A stretch of 61,694 nt of DNA, filler included, from Cystobasidiomycetes sp. EMM_F5 (GCA_051047955.1; 4 parts of 4 records of this genome joined end to end with filler, not necessarily neighbours in it), one strand, 5' to 3'. Numbered from the whole stretch's first letter, positions 41,435 to 52,612 are shown. Made by a program: numbers and translations. The notes: generated by a model from the sequence alone, not told the origin.

Positions 41435-43175
41435 ATGTCCCTCACGCGCGTTGCCGATCATCTCTTGCTCCTTCCCCCAGCTTTCACCATTCTCGCTGGG
41501 CTCTTTTTGATTACATCGGTAAGCCAGCGCTTCTAGATACCTGCGTGCTCAATTCATGCGTAAGCACCATCACTTCCTATGACAAGGTGTATGGTATATA
41601 CTGGCTGTTTCTCTCGCCACTGGCCAAGTTCCCCGGACCACTGCCAGCCAGACTAAGCTTCCTCTGGCTTACACGACAATGTCGGCAACTGCGGCGGTCG
41701 CAAGCTGTAATGGCTCAACATGCGCACTTCGGACCATTTGTACGCATCGCTCCCAACCACATTTCTATCAATCATGAGGAGGCCGCCAATGCCATCTACT
41801 CCCATAAAGCCGCTATGCCGAAGAGCGAATTCTATGACGCTTTCTTGCAAGTTCGCCCGGTAGTGTTCAATGCCAGAGATGTTGGAGTGCACCAGAGAAA
41901 ACGTAAACGCATAAATCCGGCCTTCTCTGCACGAGCTCTGGCGGAATTCGAGCCGACGATGACGGCAGAGCTGCAGGCCTGGACGAAACGCTTGCTCGGC
42001 TTCGTCAAACCGCAACTCGAGGCGGAGCTTGACTTTGTCACATGGAGTGAGACCTTCATAACCATGACACGACTAGTCTGACTAACGGGATCCAGCAAAC
42101 TTCTTGGCCTTCGACGTGGTAGCAGACTTTGCATTCGGAACGTCTTTCGGATTCATCGAGGCAGGGCAAGATCCAACGAATCTCATTGGCGTCATTGATG
42201 CCCGAGGAGAGGTATTGAATGCCCTCGGAACAGTTCCCTCATGGCTTCGGACCCTGTTCAAATACAACTACCTGGATCCGTGGTGGCGTAAAGGGCTGCG
42301 AGCAACCGCCAACTTTGAATACTACGGTCGAAAGGCCTATCAAAAGCGCTTGAATAGTCATGGTGGTCAGCAAGACCTCTTGTCGCACCTGTTTGATGCT
42401 AAGGATAGTGGCGATCCGATTGCAGAGGACGAGATTATCGCGGAAGCGATAAGTTTTATCGTTGGGGGAAGCGATACGACCAGTAGTACAATGGCAAACT
42501 TCGTAGACGTCGTCGCCCGCGACCATAATTTGCAAAAAAAGTTGCAAGCCGCCCTAGACACGACCTTTCCAGGCCAGCAGGACGAAGCATGGGTTGCATC
42601 AGGTAGAGAGGCAGAAAGCTGTGCCTTCCTCGTAGCAACGCTTCGCGAAGTTATGCGAATACGACCTACCAGTTCTACTGGTCTGGAACGTATCGTGCCG
42701 GAGGGCGGACGTGTAATTGCTGGCACTTTCGTACCGGGCGGGGTAAGTCGATGTGACGAAGGAAATATCACAACTTCAATACAACTCACAAGTGAATGTT
42801 TGGGTGTGCAGACAATTGTGAGCATGCCAACAATAGGCCTTATGCAAAATCCTACCATATTCGAGGATCCCGCAACATTTCGACCGGAAAGATGGCTCGG
42901 TGAGAATTCAGCGCACCTCATCGAGTACTTCCTTCCTTTCTCTATTGGACCTCGTGCTTGTATCGGACGCAAGTGAGTAGAATTCTAATTGCCGTACCAG
43001 CAGCGAATGAATCTATATCCACAGCTTCGCCTGGATGGAGGTGCTAAAAGCCATGGCGACTATCTTCAAGCTCTTCGACGTGGAGAGAGTCACTAAGGGC
43101 CCCACAGAGTCGCGAGAAGGCTTCTTCAACAAAATCGGTGAATGTAAGTGCAGAATCCGCAAGCGGGAACCGTAG
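41435..43175 (+). CDS. Cytochrome P450 (benzoate monooxygenase-like group)
   Basis: SPLAKFPGP, GPFVRIAPNHISI, I-helix FIVGGSDTTSST, EVMR, RPERW, heme motif FSIGPRACIG; appears intact across 4 introns. Confidence 0.93.
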
Positions 43176-43753
43176 CAGTAAAACTCCAGTCAAGGCCCAG
43201 CAGCATTGCTTTACTGCATGCTTCTTCAGAGCGGATGTAAGAGCGCTTAGACGGCATGGGGTAAGAAGTGCGCACCTTGGGCGTTAGCTTTTGTTACGCC
43301 AATTTTTGCGAATTAAAAGCACTTGTGACGGTTGAGCTCGAAGTCACAGCGAGAACATTACTAAGAGCTCGTCACGGACATTTGCGCTCAAGCAGTATCG
43401 CGCCGATGCTCTTAGACGCTACTATAGTGACTGTTCACGTCGACAGGAGGGCGCCAGCATGGCACTTGCAGTCTGCCAAGTCTCGCTGGTCTCCACCAGT
43501 ACTGCCTTACCGGACGACCCGTACCCGTTTGCTGCAGGCCACATCCGGTACCAAGAGAGTGGGCGGTATGCTCCCTTGTGCTCGGTAATACCCCGATGCC
43601 GTGTCAAGAAAGGCGGAACCCGGGACATGTACAATCCGAAAGCTTAAGGGGGCGCCGCAGCTGTCTTCCAGCGCTTTTCTCTGTAGACATCTGCAAATCC
43701 AGTTGAGAAATCAAATCATCCATTCTGCACATCTGCTGACATTCGCTCGTACA

Positions 43754-45310
43754 ATGACACCTGCTACAAATGGCCAGACGAACGGAGATCATGCCCTAAT
43801 TCGAGCCAATCTCCTAGCTGAAACCGTGGTACCGTCTGTATTGGACAACAACGCATGGCCCTCTCTAGCCTCGACCTACCTCTAAATGATCCCTACAGCG
43901 GAGAGAAGCTGTACGATGTCTCCTACATGACCGTGGATGACTGCCTTGCTGCAGTGGAGAGTGCTTGGAAAAACGTTTCGAACATTGGAAGAACACGTGC
44001 CCAGTAGAGAGACGAGCCACCTTCGACGAAGCAGCGACCTTGTTGCTCGAGCGACAAGACGAGTTTGTCAAGCTCGCAACGACGGTACGACTGCTAATGG
44101 ATCTGTGAGCTTGGATTTATCAGAGGACCCAGCGCTGAGTAACGGGTGTGTCCCGAGGAGCACGAATCGGATGCTGTGAACCACACCATTGCAGTCTATC
44201 GTTCTCTCCTCCATAGTGCCGTCAACATGCAGCTCGCCTGAAACGTCATCAACGAAACGTCCGCCCTCGCTACAGCTCCTAAGGAAGTGATAGTGCCGGG
44301 AGAGCACGGTTCGAGAGCCTACGCTGGGCGTATACCTTACGGCGTTGTCTTTGGCATGGCCGTGTGTCAGATGGGGCCGCTATAAGCCGCGCTGACACCT
44401 CGCGGACGGGCAGGCGGTTCTTCCTTTTTCGTTGTTCATCTTCTTAACCTGTTTTTGTCTTCGCCTTTGTCGTGAATCTCGTACAAATCTACAATGATCC
44501 GACTCTTGACCAATGAACCACGTTTGGTCAATGCCCAGCGGTTGCGTCGGTCGCGTACAAATTGTGCTATCTACCGCGCTTCGCTTGCGACGTGCAGGTG
44601 GGATGCTCCTTTGACCCTCGCGGTTCGCGCTCTTTGCAACGCCATCATGGCCGGCAAGACCGTCGTGTTGAAGACCTCCGGATACTCGCCGAAAGCCCAT
44701 ACTTAGCAGTCCAGCTTTTCGTAAATGCTTAGTCCACGTTGCGCTCTTGGATGCTCTGGCATTATGCGAGAAGATCGTTGCGCATCCTGTGGTTCGCAAG
44801 ATCAATCTCACCGGTGTGACTACTTGAGCGTCAGGAGTAAAGGGATCGGAGCTCAGCAAGGCTGCCAGGTTCGACGTTTGTCGGAGCAAAGCTAGCACGA
44901 CATGCGGCAAACACATAAAGCCGGCCTGTATGTAACTCATTGGGAAGGCATCAAGCCCATCATCGTCATGAACGATGCCAACGAGCGAGCCGCTCCCAAT
45001 ACATAATGTCGTCGTTGGTGGTTGTTTCTCGCATCAGGGTCAGATATGTACGGCGTAAGTCTGCTCGTATGGTGCCGGCTGGTCGTCGGCTGTTACACCT
45101 TCTCACAGGCTCAGCACACTGACTGTCGTCTGCTGTCAACAGGTCAAACTCACTGTGTATACACGAGGACGTACCCACGAGAACCTACCGAATGACTTCA
45201 TAAAGATCTTTGGAGCCATGTCGAGGACGAAGACAGTGTCCGGTATGTCCTGGGACCACCTGACCAGACAAGCGCAGCTCTGTCACGGGAAGCGCGTCCG
45301 ATCCTTCTAA
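43754..45310 (+). pseudogene. Aromatic aldehyde dehydrogenase (salicylaldehyde/vanillin DH-like), heavily disrupted
   Basis: Fragments DDCLAAVESAWKTFRTW, WDAPLTLAVRALCNAIMAGKTVVLKTS, AHPVVRKINLTG, GSTFVG and FSHQGQIC lie in different frames with stops. Confidence 0.8.
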
Positions 45311-45352
45311 GGTAGCGCACCAAACTTCGTTATCGCCCGAGGTATGTCACAT

Positions 45353-48190
45353 TCAGTGTATCGCGTTTCCCTGGCTAAGCAACATGTCCAGCTCGCTACC
45401 GGCCGCCAAGCCCCATAAGGAGTCTGGCATAAGGTAACCATCTGCAAAAGCATTCGTGCTGAACCAGTCTGGCTCGAGCAGACTCGAGAGATCAGTCGGG
45501 ACTGAGAGTGCTGCCAGGGTTTCATGCAAGGATACTAGCGTGAGACCGTCAGTTTTGTCAAGACCTATAACCAGCGGCCCATCCCACCTTGAAAGTCGAT
45601 ATTGCCTTTGGAAGTATTCGGCAACGCCGACATAATTCTTTCTGCCGTGTTTATACACTCTTGCGACGAGGCACACGGTTCAGGCATACCCTTCATCAGA
45701 GCGATGCAGTCCTCGCAGGCCTTGACACGAACCGACCGGTCGGGCACATTCGCTACTCCAGTGACACCTGTGTCTAGCTGTTTGTGCAGTAATGATCCAG
45801 CCAAAACTGTAAACGCGCTGAAGTCTACGAATTCCATCAGCATTTGCGATCTCGTCTGTAGCACAGCTTACTGTAATATAGGCGATACCATGCTGAACCT
45901 CCCTTTGGCCATTGCTGTCTGCTCGCTAGAACAGTCCCGAGGGCAATGATACGAATAGCGTCTTGCGTACAGATGGCTAAACCGGCCAGACAGGTGTTGT
46001 AATCGATAGACGGTGTGATTGTTCCATTGCCGACTATTGCGCGCGGTCGGCACACATCGAGAGCCTGGGCGATTAGGGGTCTGTAGGCTAGCATTCTGAC
46101 CATCAGGAATCGAAAGGTGAGCACGATGCAGGGTGCTTCGTATGGCGTCGGATCCCACAGAGGTGTCAGATTGGCGTCTAATAACAAAGCTAGGTGTGCC
46201 GGAACTTCACTCTTCCACATTTCCAGCTGCTTCATGTATCCAGCAGTGTCAGCTTTACCAGAATCAAAATTGGCTTCCAGTATGCGTCCAAAGATCGCAT
46301 ACAGTCCACTGTGAGTAACGTCAGCCCAACGCGACGTGCTCCCACACTGTGCCCTGACACAAACGCACATGCAAGCTCTGAGAAAATTCATGCGATGCTC
46401 TGACTCGCCTGGCAACGTTCGGGGTAAATTCGGTCCTGTGAGATATGCGCCGATGCCACCTGGACGACCCAGAGTCATTGTTATCGACCTGTCAGAGGCA
46501 CAATCAGTCGAGCATTCTAGGGTCGAATCGTAATAAATTGAGAAGCATGCCTGTCAAGGATGAAAATGACCCAGCTAGCAGGCTGAGTGTTAGTACTACT
46601 GAAGCGACGACCTCTGTAGTTCTGCACTCACAAAGTCCGAGAAGCCGATTCAACAGACGCTGTGTCCCGCCTGTCGACACATGGCCGATTTGTGTGCAGG
46701 CCGAGAGCAAAAGCCATGTTGATCGCCCAGTGCAAACTTTGTGACGCTTCTACATGGTGATCCGTCGATTGAAGATACTGGCACATGATAGTAGCAGCTT
46801 GCACTGGGCCGCCAATCCAGCGTTAAAAAACATGAGAATAAGAGGGGGATCGGAGCTTGCTCACCAGTAATTAGTGTTCTTCGCATACCCCTCTCTCCGA
46901 ATCCTAGCAGCGAATGGGCCGCATGAGCGTGCTGTTCTGCTTCTTTTCGCTTGCCTTTGACAGCATTGGCAAGGGCGAACACTGCATGCAGTAGCGTTAT
47001 GAGATCGGCTGCATCGGGTATGAGGGCTAATTGGGCAGGAGGTATGCAGGCGTACATTACGTACGCGTTGCGGACATAGCCCGCTGGCAGGATTGGCTGT
47101 AGTAACGATGGATTCAGGCATGCCACAGGCGCGGGATGCATTAGAGTAGACTTACATAAAGCGGCAAAGTCTCTCCTTCGTACACGTCGAGCAAATCGTA
47201 CGCTACGTCCTTTGCTGGCAGAATGTACAATGACGGGTCGCGAAGAGGCGGCCGAGTAGTTGCGATTCCGAGCGTAGGTACGCCTGTGCCGTTGGCATTA
47301 CCGTTACCATTGTCCGGACGATCCTTCTCCAACAGCTTGAGCATGGGTCCTGCGAGGTCTGCAGGGGCTATTGGATCGAAGAAGACGGTGTCTACGAGTT
47401 CTCGATGTCCCAGGCCCATGGCCGAGATGGTTGTTACCGGCGACGCAGTCGATGTGCCACCTGCAGATTGCGAAGCTGAAGGAATGCCTTTGGCGTTTGT
47501 CGCTGTCACGTCAGACTCGGAGAGCGTCCATCTGTGCTATCGTGTATCAGCGCCATCTGTAAATCGCAAAAGTCTGTCTGTCCGCGTGGGAGCACGCACG
47601 GTGCAGTATCTTCGCATTGCTCACGGGGGGCAGCTGGGAGCTGACGTTTGAGTAGTGTAAGAAGACGTTCATTCTGCTGCTCCAGAGACTGTAGGCGGTC
47701 TTCGAGCGGGTTGATACGGGATAGGGTGCTGTAGCCCCGGCATCAGCTGCAGTACCACGGGATACCTTACAACGCGGGGCTCTTACTTTGCGACTGCGGG
47801 GCCGACCGAACTCTGGATCACCTGCTGCGGGGTCAACAGTACCCCCACATCGTCCCCGAAAGCCGCACCGTTGCTCGTCCCCGTATTGAACGAACACTCG
47901 AAGCCGTACTCTCGGCAATGGCTGCAGAGCGGTTTGCTCCCGTCACACTGCGTGGGCAGAGGGCTACAGATGAGCGTTGATTCTTTTGGTGCTTACAAGC
48001 CTTTCGACTTTACCCTTGTCTTTTTGGTGCGGCAGCTCTGGCACGCAATAGCGACCCTGCGCCTCTTGAATCCCGTCAAGGCGGTCCGCACCGACTCGCT
48101 GCCGCTGCTGGTGCGGTCTTCTGGCGGCTCTGCTGGCATTTCGAGGCAGACCTGCTGCTGGGCTGCTGCTGCAAAGTCGACATACTCCAT
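45353..48190 (-). CDS. Zn2Cys6 transcription factor
   Basis: RRRVAIACQSCRTKKTR|CDGSKPLCSHCREYGFEC; middle region DPRMLD..SMTLGRP; FRFLMVRMLAYRP. Confidence 0.85.
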
Positions 48191-48602
48191 GTCCCACCGT
48201 GGGTTTATGCTATGCAGATGTGCAGGCGTGCAGAGGGCACTGACGAGCATGAAACAGGTTGGGTAATTGTAGCTTGAAGCTGGTTGTAATGAGACTTGCT
48301 TGCGATGTAACAAGGTCAAAGGCTAATGTTAACAAGTAGACAAGTCTGAATGTTAATGTTACAGCTACGCAAACTAACGAAATACACCGTCTGGACGTCG
48401 TTCTATGTCAGACAACGAGTCCTGGCGAGCGTCACTGTGGATTTCAAACCAAAAGTACTGCAGCCTGATGGTTCTTCTAAACGAGCACAACATTGGCAGG
48501 AAACGGAGACCCACGTTCCGTAACTCGGCATAGAATCGAATAGGTGTGTTCCGGGGTGGACATTGCTGATGTAAGCACGCTGCCCAAGTCCCGGTCCTCC
48601 TG

Positions 48603-48616
48603 CCCGGCGTTCCCGG
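48603..48616. promoter_or_regulatory. Candidate Zn2Cys6 site CCCGG-N4-CCCGG in the factor/dioxygenase divergent promoter
   Basis: cccggcgttcccgg within a CGG/CCG-rich stretch (48551-48637). Confidence 0.4.
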
Positions 48617-48773
48617 CTGATCCGCGATACCCGGGGACCTCGACGTACGCTGCGTGGAACCACCTTCGATGTAGAAATGAGCCCGACAGACTCACAACAC
48701 TGCGGTAATCTTCGAGTGCTTCTCATTCGGCAGACTTTTCTTCGCTCTCCGCCGCCTCCTACTTTCTTCCACC

Positions 48774-50211
48774 ATGGGACCCCTCACCCAGCCTGACGGT
48801 GTCCCCGCAGTCGAGATCTTGCAGAATCCGGGAACCGCTGACGAACTGGCCTCAAGCCTGAAGGAGCTCAATGTAGAGCCCTTATGGTAATTCTCTGGTG
48901 CCAATCTGGGCACGGCAACGGCGAAAAGCGGCTAATCAACCATTGTGTACTCGTACAGGCTGAAAATGACTAAACTCAATCCTCCGCTGCCTAATCCTAA
49001 AACGACTCCCTTCCTTTGGAAATACGATAAACTGCGCCCTGCCCTTCTCAAAGCTGGAAAGCTCGTCTCCGAAAAGCAAGCCGAACGACGCGTTTTGATG
49101 CTCATCAATCCCAGTGGAGGTGAGAGTGGATCGTACAAGTTGCAGACGCCGCAGTGCCAATGCTTTAGCGGTTTGTTGTTTCAGAAGCGCCTCAAACGAC
49201 CGATACTCTCTACGCCGGAATGCAGCTCGTCATGCCCGGGGAGACAGCGCCCGCTCACAGACATGCCGCCTTTGCTCTTCGCTTCATTATCGAAGGCAAC
49301 GGCGGCTTTACCGCTGTGCAGGGCAGGCGATTCGCAATGGAGCGGGGCGATGTGATTTTGACTCCAACATGGGATTACCGTCAGAGCTTGTTTGCTTGTA
49401 GGGTATCATCAAGCTGACTTCTGCAAAGCAGACGACCATGGCTCCAAAGGCGACACGCCCATGCTGTGGCTCGACGGACTCGACCTGCCGCAGTGGCAGG
49501 TGCGTCTGAAATATGCTTGCAGAGTGACGGGCTGCACCTCTGCTAACTCACACTGGCTTGTACAGCACTTTCCCTGTCATTTCGTGCAACACTATGCAGA
49601 GGATCGCTAGTAAGTAATCGCAAGCTTCAATCAAGTGGAACGCTAATCTGAAATCTTGCAGTCCTGCCGAGGATGTTACCACTCACCCTACCCTGTTTCC
49701 TTGGAAAGCCACGCAGCTAGCTCTCGATCAGATCTCTGACGATTGGGCCGTGTACCGCTACCGAGGATCGCCTGAACACGGCGCCTCCCACACTGGAGAG
49801 GTCAGTAAAGTCATCGGCGCACAGGCAGAGCGTATACGCGCTGGCAAGGCGTCAGGTCCGCCTCGGCAGGAGACTTTATCGATGGTATACCACGTTGTCG
49901 ATGGCGAGGTAAGTCATATAGCCACCGAGAAAGACCGCTTGAGTCTGATGACTGTCGTGAAGGGCGCGTCGAAGATCGGTGAAGAGACATTCACTTGGAA
50001 GAAGGGCGATACTTTCTGCATCCCGAGCTGGTATCCGTATCAGGTCGGTTCGCCGTGTAGGAAAGACATCGGAGATAGTTGGCTGACCCCGAATTTTCAG
50101 CACTTCGCTGGCGAACAGTCAGATTGCTATCTGTACCGCTTCGATGACTATCCTATGATCTCGTCTCTGGGCTTCTACCGGACTTCGTCAGAGCGATGGT
50201 ATGAGAAGTAG
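48774..50211 (+). CDS. Gentisate 1,2-dioxygenase (bicupin)
   Basis: [65 protein letters not shown], and second cupin [12 protein letters not shown]. Confidence 0.95.
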
Positions 50212-50663
50212 CGTGAATGATGGCACTTAATGTAGGTCAAGAACAGTCAGATCTGTGTTGAGAAATTAAGTTTGTTGTCATCTACACCAACTTGAACTTC
50301 TGATAGCATCAAAGCTGATTGCCGATGCTGCCCCCATTTGCAAGCGCTATGAAGTGGCATAGTATGAACAACAGCAGTGGGCAGGCTGCGCGAAGGAGCT
50401 AATAGACGTTTGCAGAGCGGGTGTCACGTTGTTAGGAGGCACCAACTGCGTTCCTCTCAGTCCGTCGCCATACTAGAGCGGGGGCACCATGGGCAGTGGT
50501 GAAGGAGATTCATCGGCCAGGCTCATAGGTGTGCGTGCGCGTTGCCACCCCTTCACGCGCCTTCAAGCAGGCAGACGGTTTGACGCTTCGGACAGCTCTG
50601 GCCAAGCGCTTTAAAGGTCACAATCGAGTCAATTGAGTCAGGTCTTTCTGAAAAACTTTACTT

Positions 50664-51941
50664 TTAGGAATTCTGCTGCCATGGGATGGATCTGCATTCT
50701 GATGCCGTGGAATGGTTACACATGCGTCGGAAATCGACTAGCCTGACTTTTCCCGATGATGGGCCCCTGCGTATTCTGGCAGTTAGCGCGAGGAGGTGTG
50801 TTTTCCTGTTGAAGGGGAGCCTGGGACATCGGATGAAGTCACATTGCATCTCGTAAGGTTCTCTGATGGCAACGGTGGATGATGCCTCCTGCAAACAAGG
50901 CAAGGAACTTTTGATGCTACGAATATGTAGAAGACAGCAACCGTGCTGTACGGATAAGTTGAAATTGACGAGCGACTTTGGAAGCGCTGAAATGAAGCCG
51001 TGATTTGCTGGCGCGGTAAGAGATCGCAGGTTTGGTGCTCGCAGAAAGAGCTTCTGCCAATACGCTTCATCGTCTTCCAACACCCAGCCCTGCAGAACTA
51101 ATTCTTCAATGTTCTTTCCAGCAACGACCAGAATATGGGCGAGCCAGAAGCTGTTCATGCGTCGCAGTACAACCCGTACTAAATTGCGTCCAGTGATCAG
51201 GTGATCGATACTGTTGAGCCCGGCACCACCGCAGCCATCCAACTCCAGGCTTTGCAGAAATGGTAAGGAGGGTCGCGTTTGGAGCATGGCGAGTTGGCGG
51301 TCCCCGCCACGGATGACGAGGTCGATAATTGCAGGAAAATTGGCTAGAAAATCAAGATAGAGGCCGTGCATGGGAATCGGAATAGCATTTAGGATTAAGC
51401 CCTGATCTGAAGCCGGAACTCGGCAATCTAATTGCTCGCGCATCTCAGCGAGGGATTCAGAATAGATGCCGGTCCGACTGATTAATTTGATGGAGTTTGC
51501 AAGTCTTGTTGAGTACGCCTCGCTGAACATTGTTGATACTAGGCGCAAAGTCCTGAGGCGGGAGACGCAGAGGTTATTGAGGATGATTCCGAACAAATTG
51601 GTGTTACCGAAACTTCTTGCGTATAGGTCTGTATGAGTGTTCAGCAAGGGTGCCTTGACGTCTGTCGTAACATTGGTGTCTGGAGTGGGCGTTCCGGTAG
51701 CTTTGTCAACAAACTTCCTTGTACGAGTGCTGCCGTTGCTGTGGACGTTTCCGTCCCTCGTGCAAAAATGGGAGTGTGTGTGACTACGCTGATTCGAATT
51801 GTTATAAGGATCACCTGTTTTGCAGGGACGAGTCCGCTCCAAACGAAATGGATGAGGGGCTTGGATTTTGAGAATGGTCGAGACTGTTGAAGGATGCTTG
51901 GCTAGAAGATTCGGGCTGCCTTGGCCGAACTGGACTGATAC
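50664..51941 (-). CDS. F-box/LRR-like protein, 5'-partial (frame open to contig end)
   Basis: F-box-like FGNTNLFGIILNNLCVSRLRTLRLVS; LRR-like LQSLELDGC, NIEELVLQG, PNLRSLTA. No in-frame ATG before the F-box. Confidence 0.6.
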   Translation of the reverse strand, partial: VSVQFGQGSPNLLAKHPSTVSTILKIQAPHPFRLERTRPCKTGDPYNNSNQRSHTHSHFCTRDGNVHSNGSTRTRKFVDKATGTPTPDTNVTTDVKAPLLNTHTDLYARSFGNTNLFGIILNNLCVSRLRTLRLVSTMFSEAYSTRLANSIKLISRTGIYSESLAEMREQLDCRVPASDQGLILNAIPIPMHGLYLDFLANFPAIIDLVIRGGDRQLAMLQTRPSLPFLQSLELDGCGGAGLNSIDHLITGRNLVRVVLRRMNSFWLAHILVVAGKNIEELVLQGWVLEDDEAYWQKLFLRAPNLRSLTAPANHGFISALPKSLVNFNLSVQHGCCLLHIRSIKSSLPCLQEASSTVAIREPYEMQCDFIRCPRLPFNRKTHLLALTARIRRGPSSGKVRLVDFRRMCNHSTASECRSIPWQQNS

Positions 51942-51942
51942 T
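51689..51942 (-). repeat. Inverted repeat, right copy
   Basis: Reverse complement matches 36849-37102 at 248/254 positions. Confidence 0.97.
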
Positions 51943-52042
51943 NNNNNNNNNNNNNNNNNNNNNNNNNNNNNNNNNNNNNNNNNNNNTTAATTAATTAANN
52001 NNNNNNNNNNNNNNNNNNNNNNNNNNNNNNNNNNNNNNNNNN
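51943..52042. other. Artificial contig linker
   Basis: N44-TTAATTAATTAA-N44. Confidence 0.99.
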
Positions 52043-52044
52043 GA

Positions 52045-52152
52045 CAGCCACTAGACTCCGTCCATGCCCTGGTAGACTGCGGAGCGACAGCCGACTTCAT
52101 CGACGTCGACTTCTGCGCCTTACACAACCTCTCGCAGGTCCTCAAGCCTGTT
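52045..52152 (+). mobile_element. Ty3/gypsy retrotransposon aspartic protease fragment
   Basis: QPLDSVHALVDCGATADFIDVDFCALHNLSQVLKPV matches the retropepsin ALxDxGAxxxFID motif; absent from the ORF track. Confidence 0.8.
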
Positions 52153-52302
52153 AATAAGGAATCCATTTTGTAAAAAACTCAGTATAATTTTTCTGAGAAT
52201 TTATCCGTGTAGTATGCACAAAAAGCTATCCAACGATGTGCTCCTCAAGGTTTTACACCTAAGTTTCGATTTGATACAGCGTTTCAAAACTTTCGCCACA
52301 TC

Positions 52303-52612
52303 CGAACCCTGACCTGGTCGACCCTTTCTGCCCTGACAACAGAAGGGTTAGGGCTTTTCTGTAGTCGGGGTTTCCGTTCTCAGGGTGCGACTGGTGTTCA
52401 GGGTTTGACTAAGGAATTTAAGGCAGCTTTACAATGTCAGGGTCTGCGGGGTCAGGGTCAGCAATTTTAGGGTCAGCGGCACTGCCGGCACCACAACAGC
52501 ACCAGCTGGACTTATAAGGAACGCACCTAGTAGAGCTGTCCTGAGGCTGGGTACAGACCCAGAAAAATTGATCTCAGGGTCAAGGTCAGGGTAGTGGCAC
52601 CGCCGGCACCAC
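52303..52612. repeat. Degenerate telomere-like / subterminal repeat patch
   Basis: AGGGTTAGGGCTTTT at 52344, several TCAGGG units, and a direct repeat agggt(c)agYggcacYgccggcaccac at ~52469 and ~52588. Confidence 0.6.

Noticed and set aside
33737..50211. One large cluster joining the contig 2 factor/ADH/SDR with the gentisate genes near a telomere
   Set aside because: The parts are separated by artificial linkers between size-sorted contigs, so linkage is unsupported.
51701..51871. Cys-rich outward frame in the inverted repeat (YECCRCCGRFRPSCKNGSVCD...)
   Set aside because: All four differences between copies within this frame are non-synonymous, and no family was recognised.
36849..51942. 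Linear plasmid or virus with terminal inverted repeats
   Set aside because: Genes are intron-rich nuclear type; no protein-primed DNA polymerase, RNA polymerase or capsid gene is present.
52344..52358. Telomerase RNA template on the minus strand (AAAAGCCCUAACCCU)
   Set aside because: It could not template the dominant TTAGTAGGG unit and lies among degenerate repeats.
52531..52540. TAGAGCTGTC resembling a hAT terminus
   Set aside because: No partner TIR, TSD or transposase was found in the contig.
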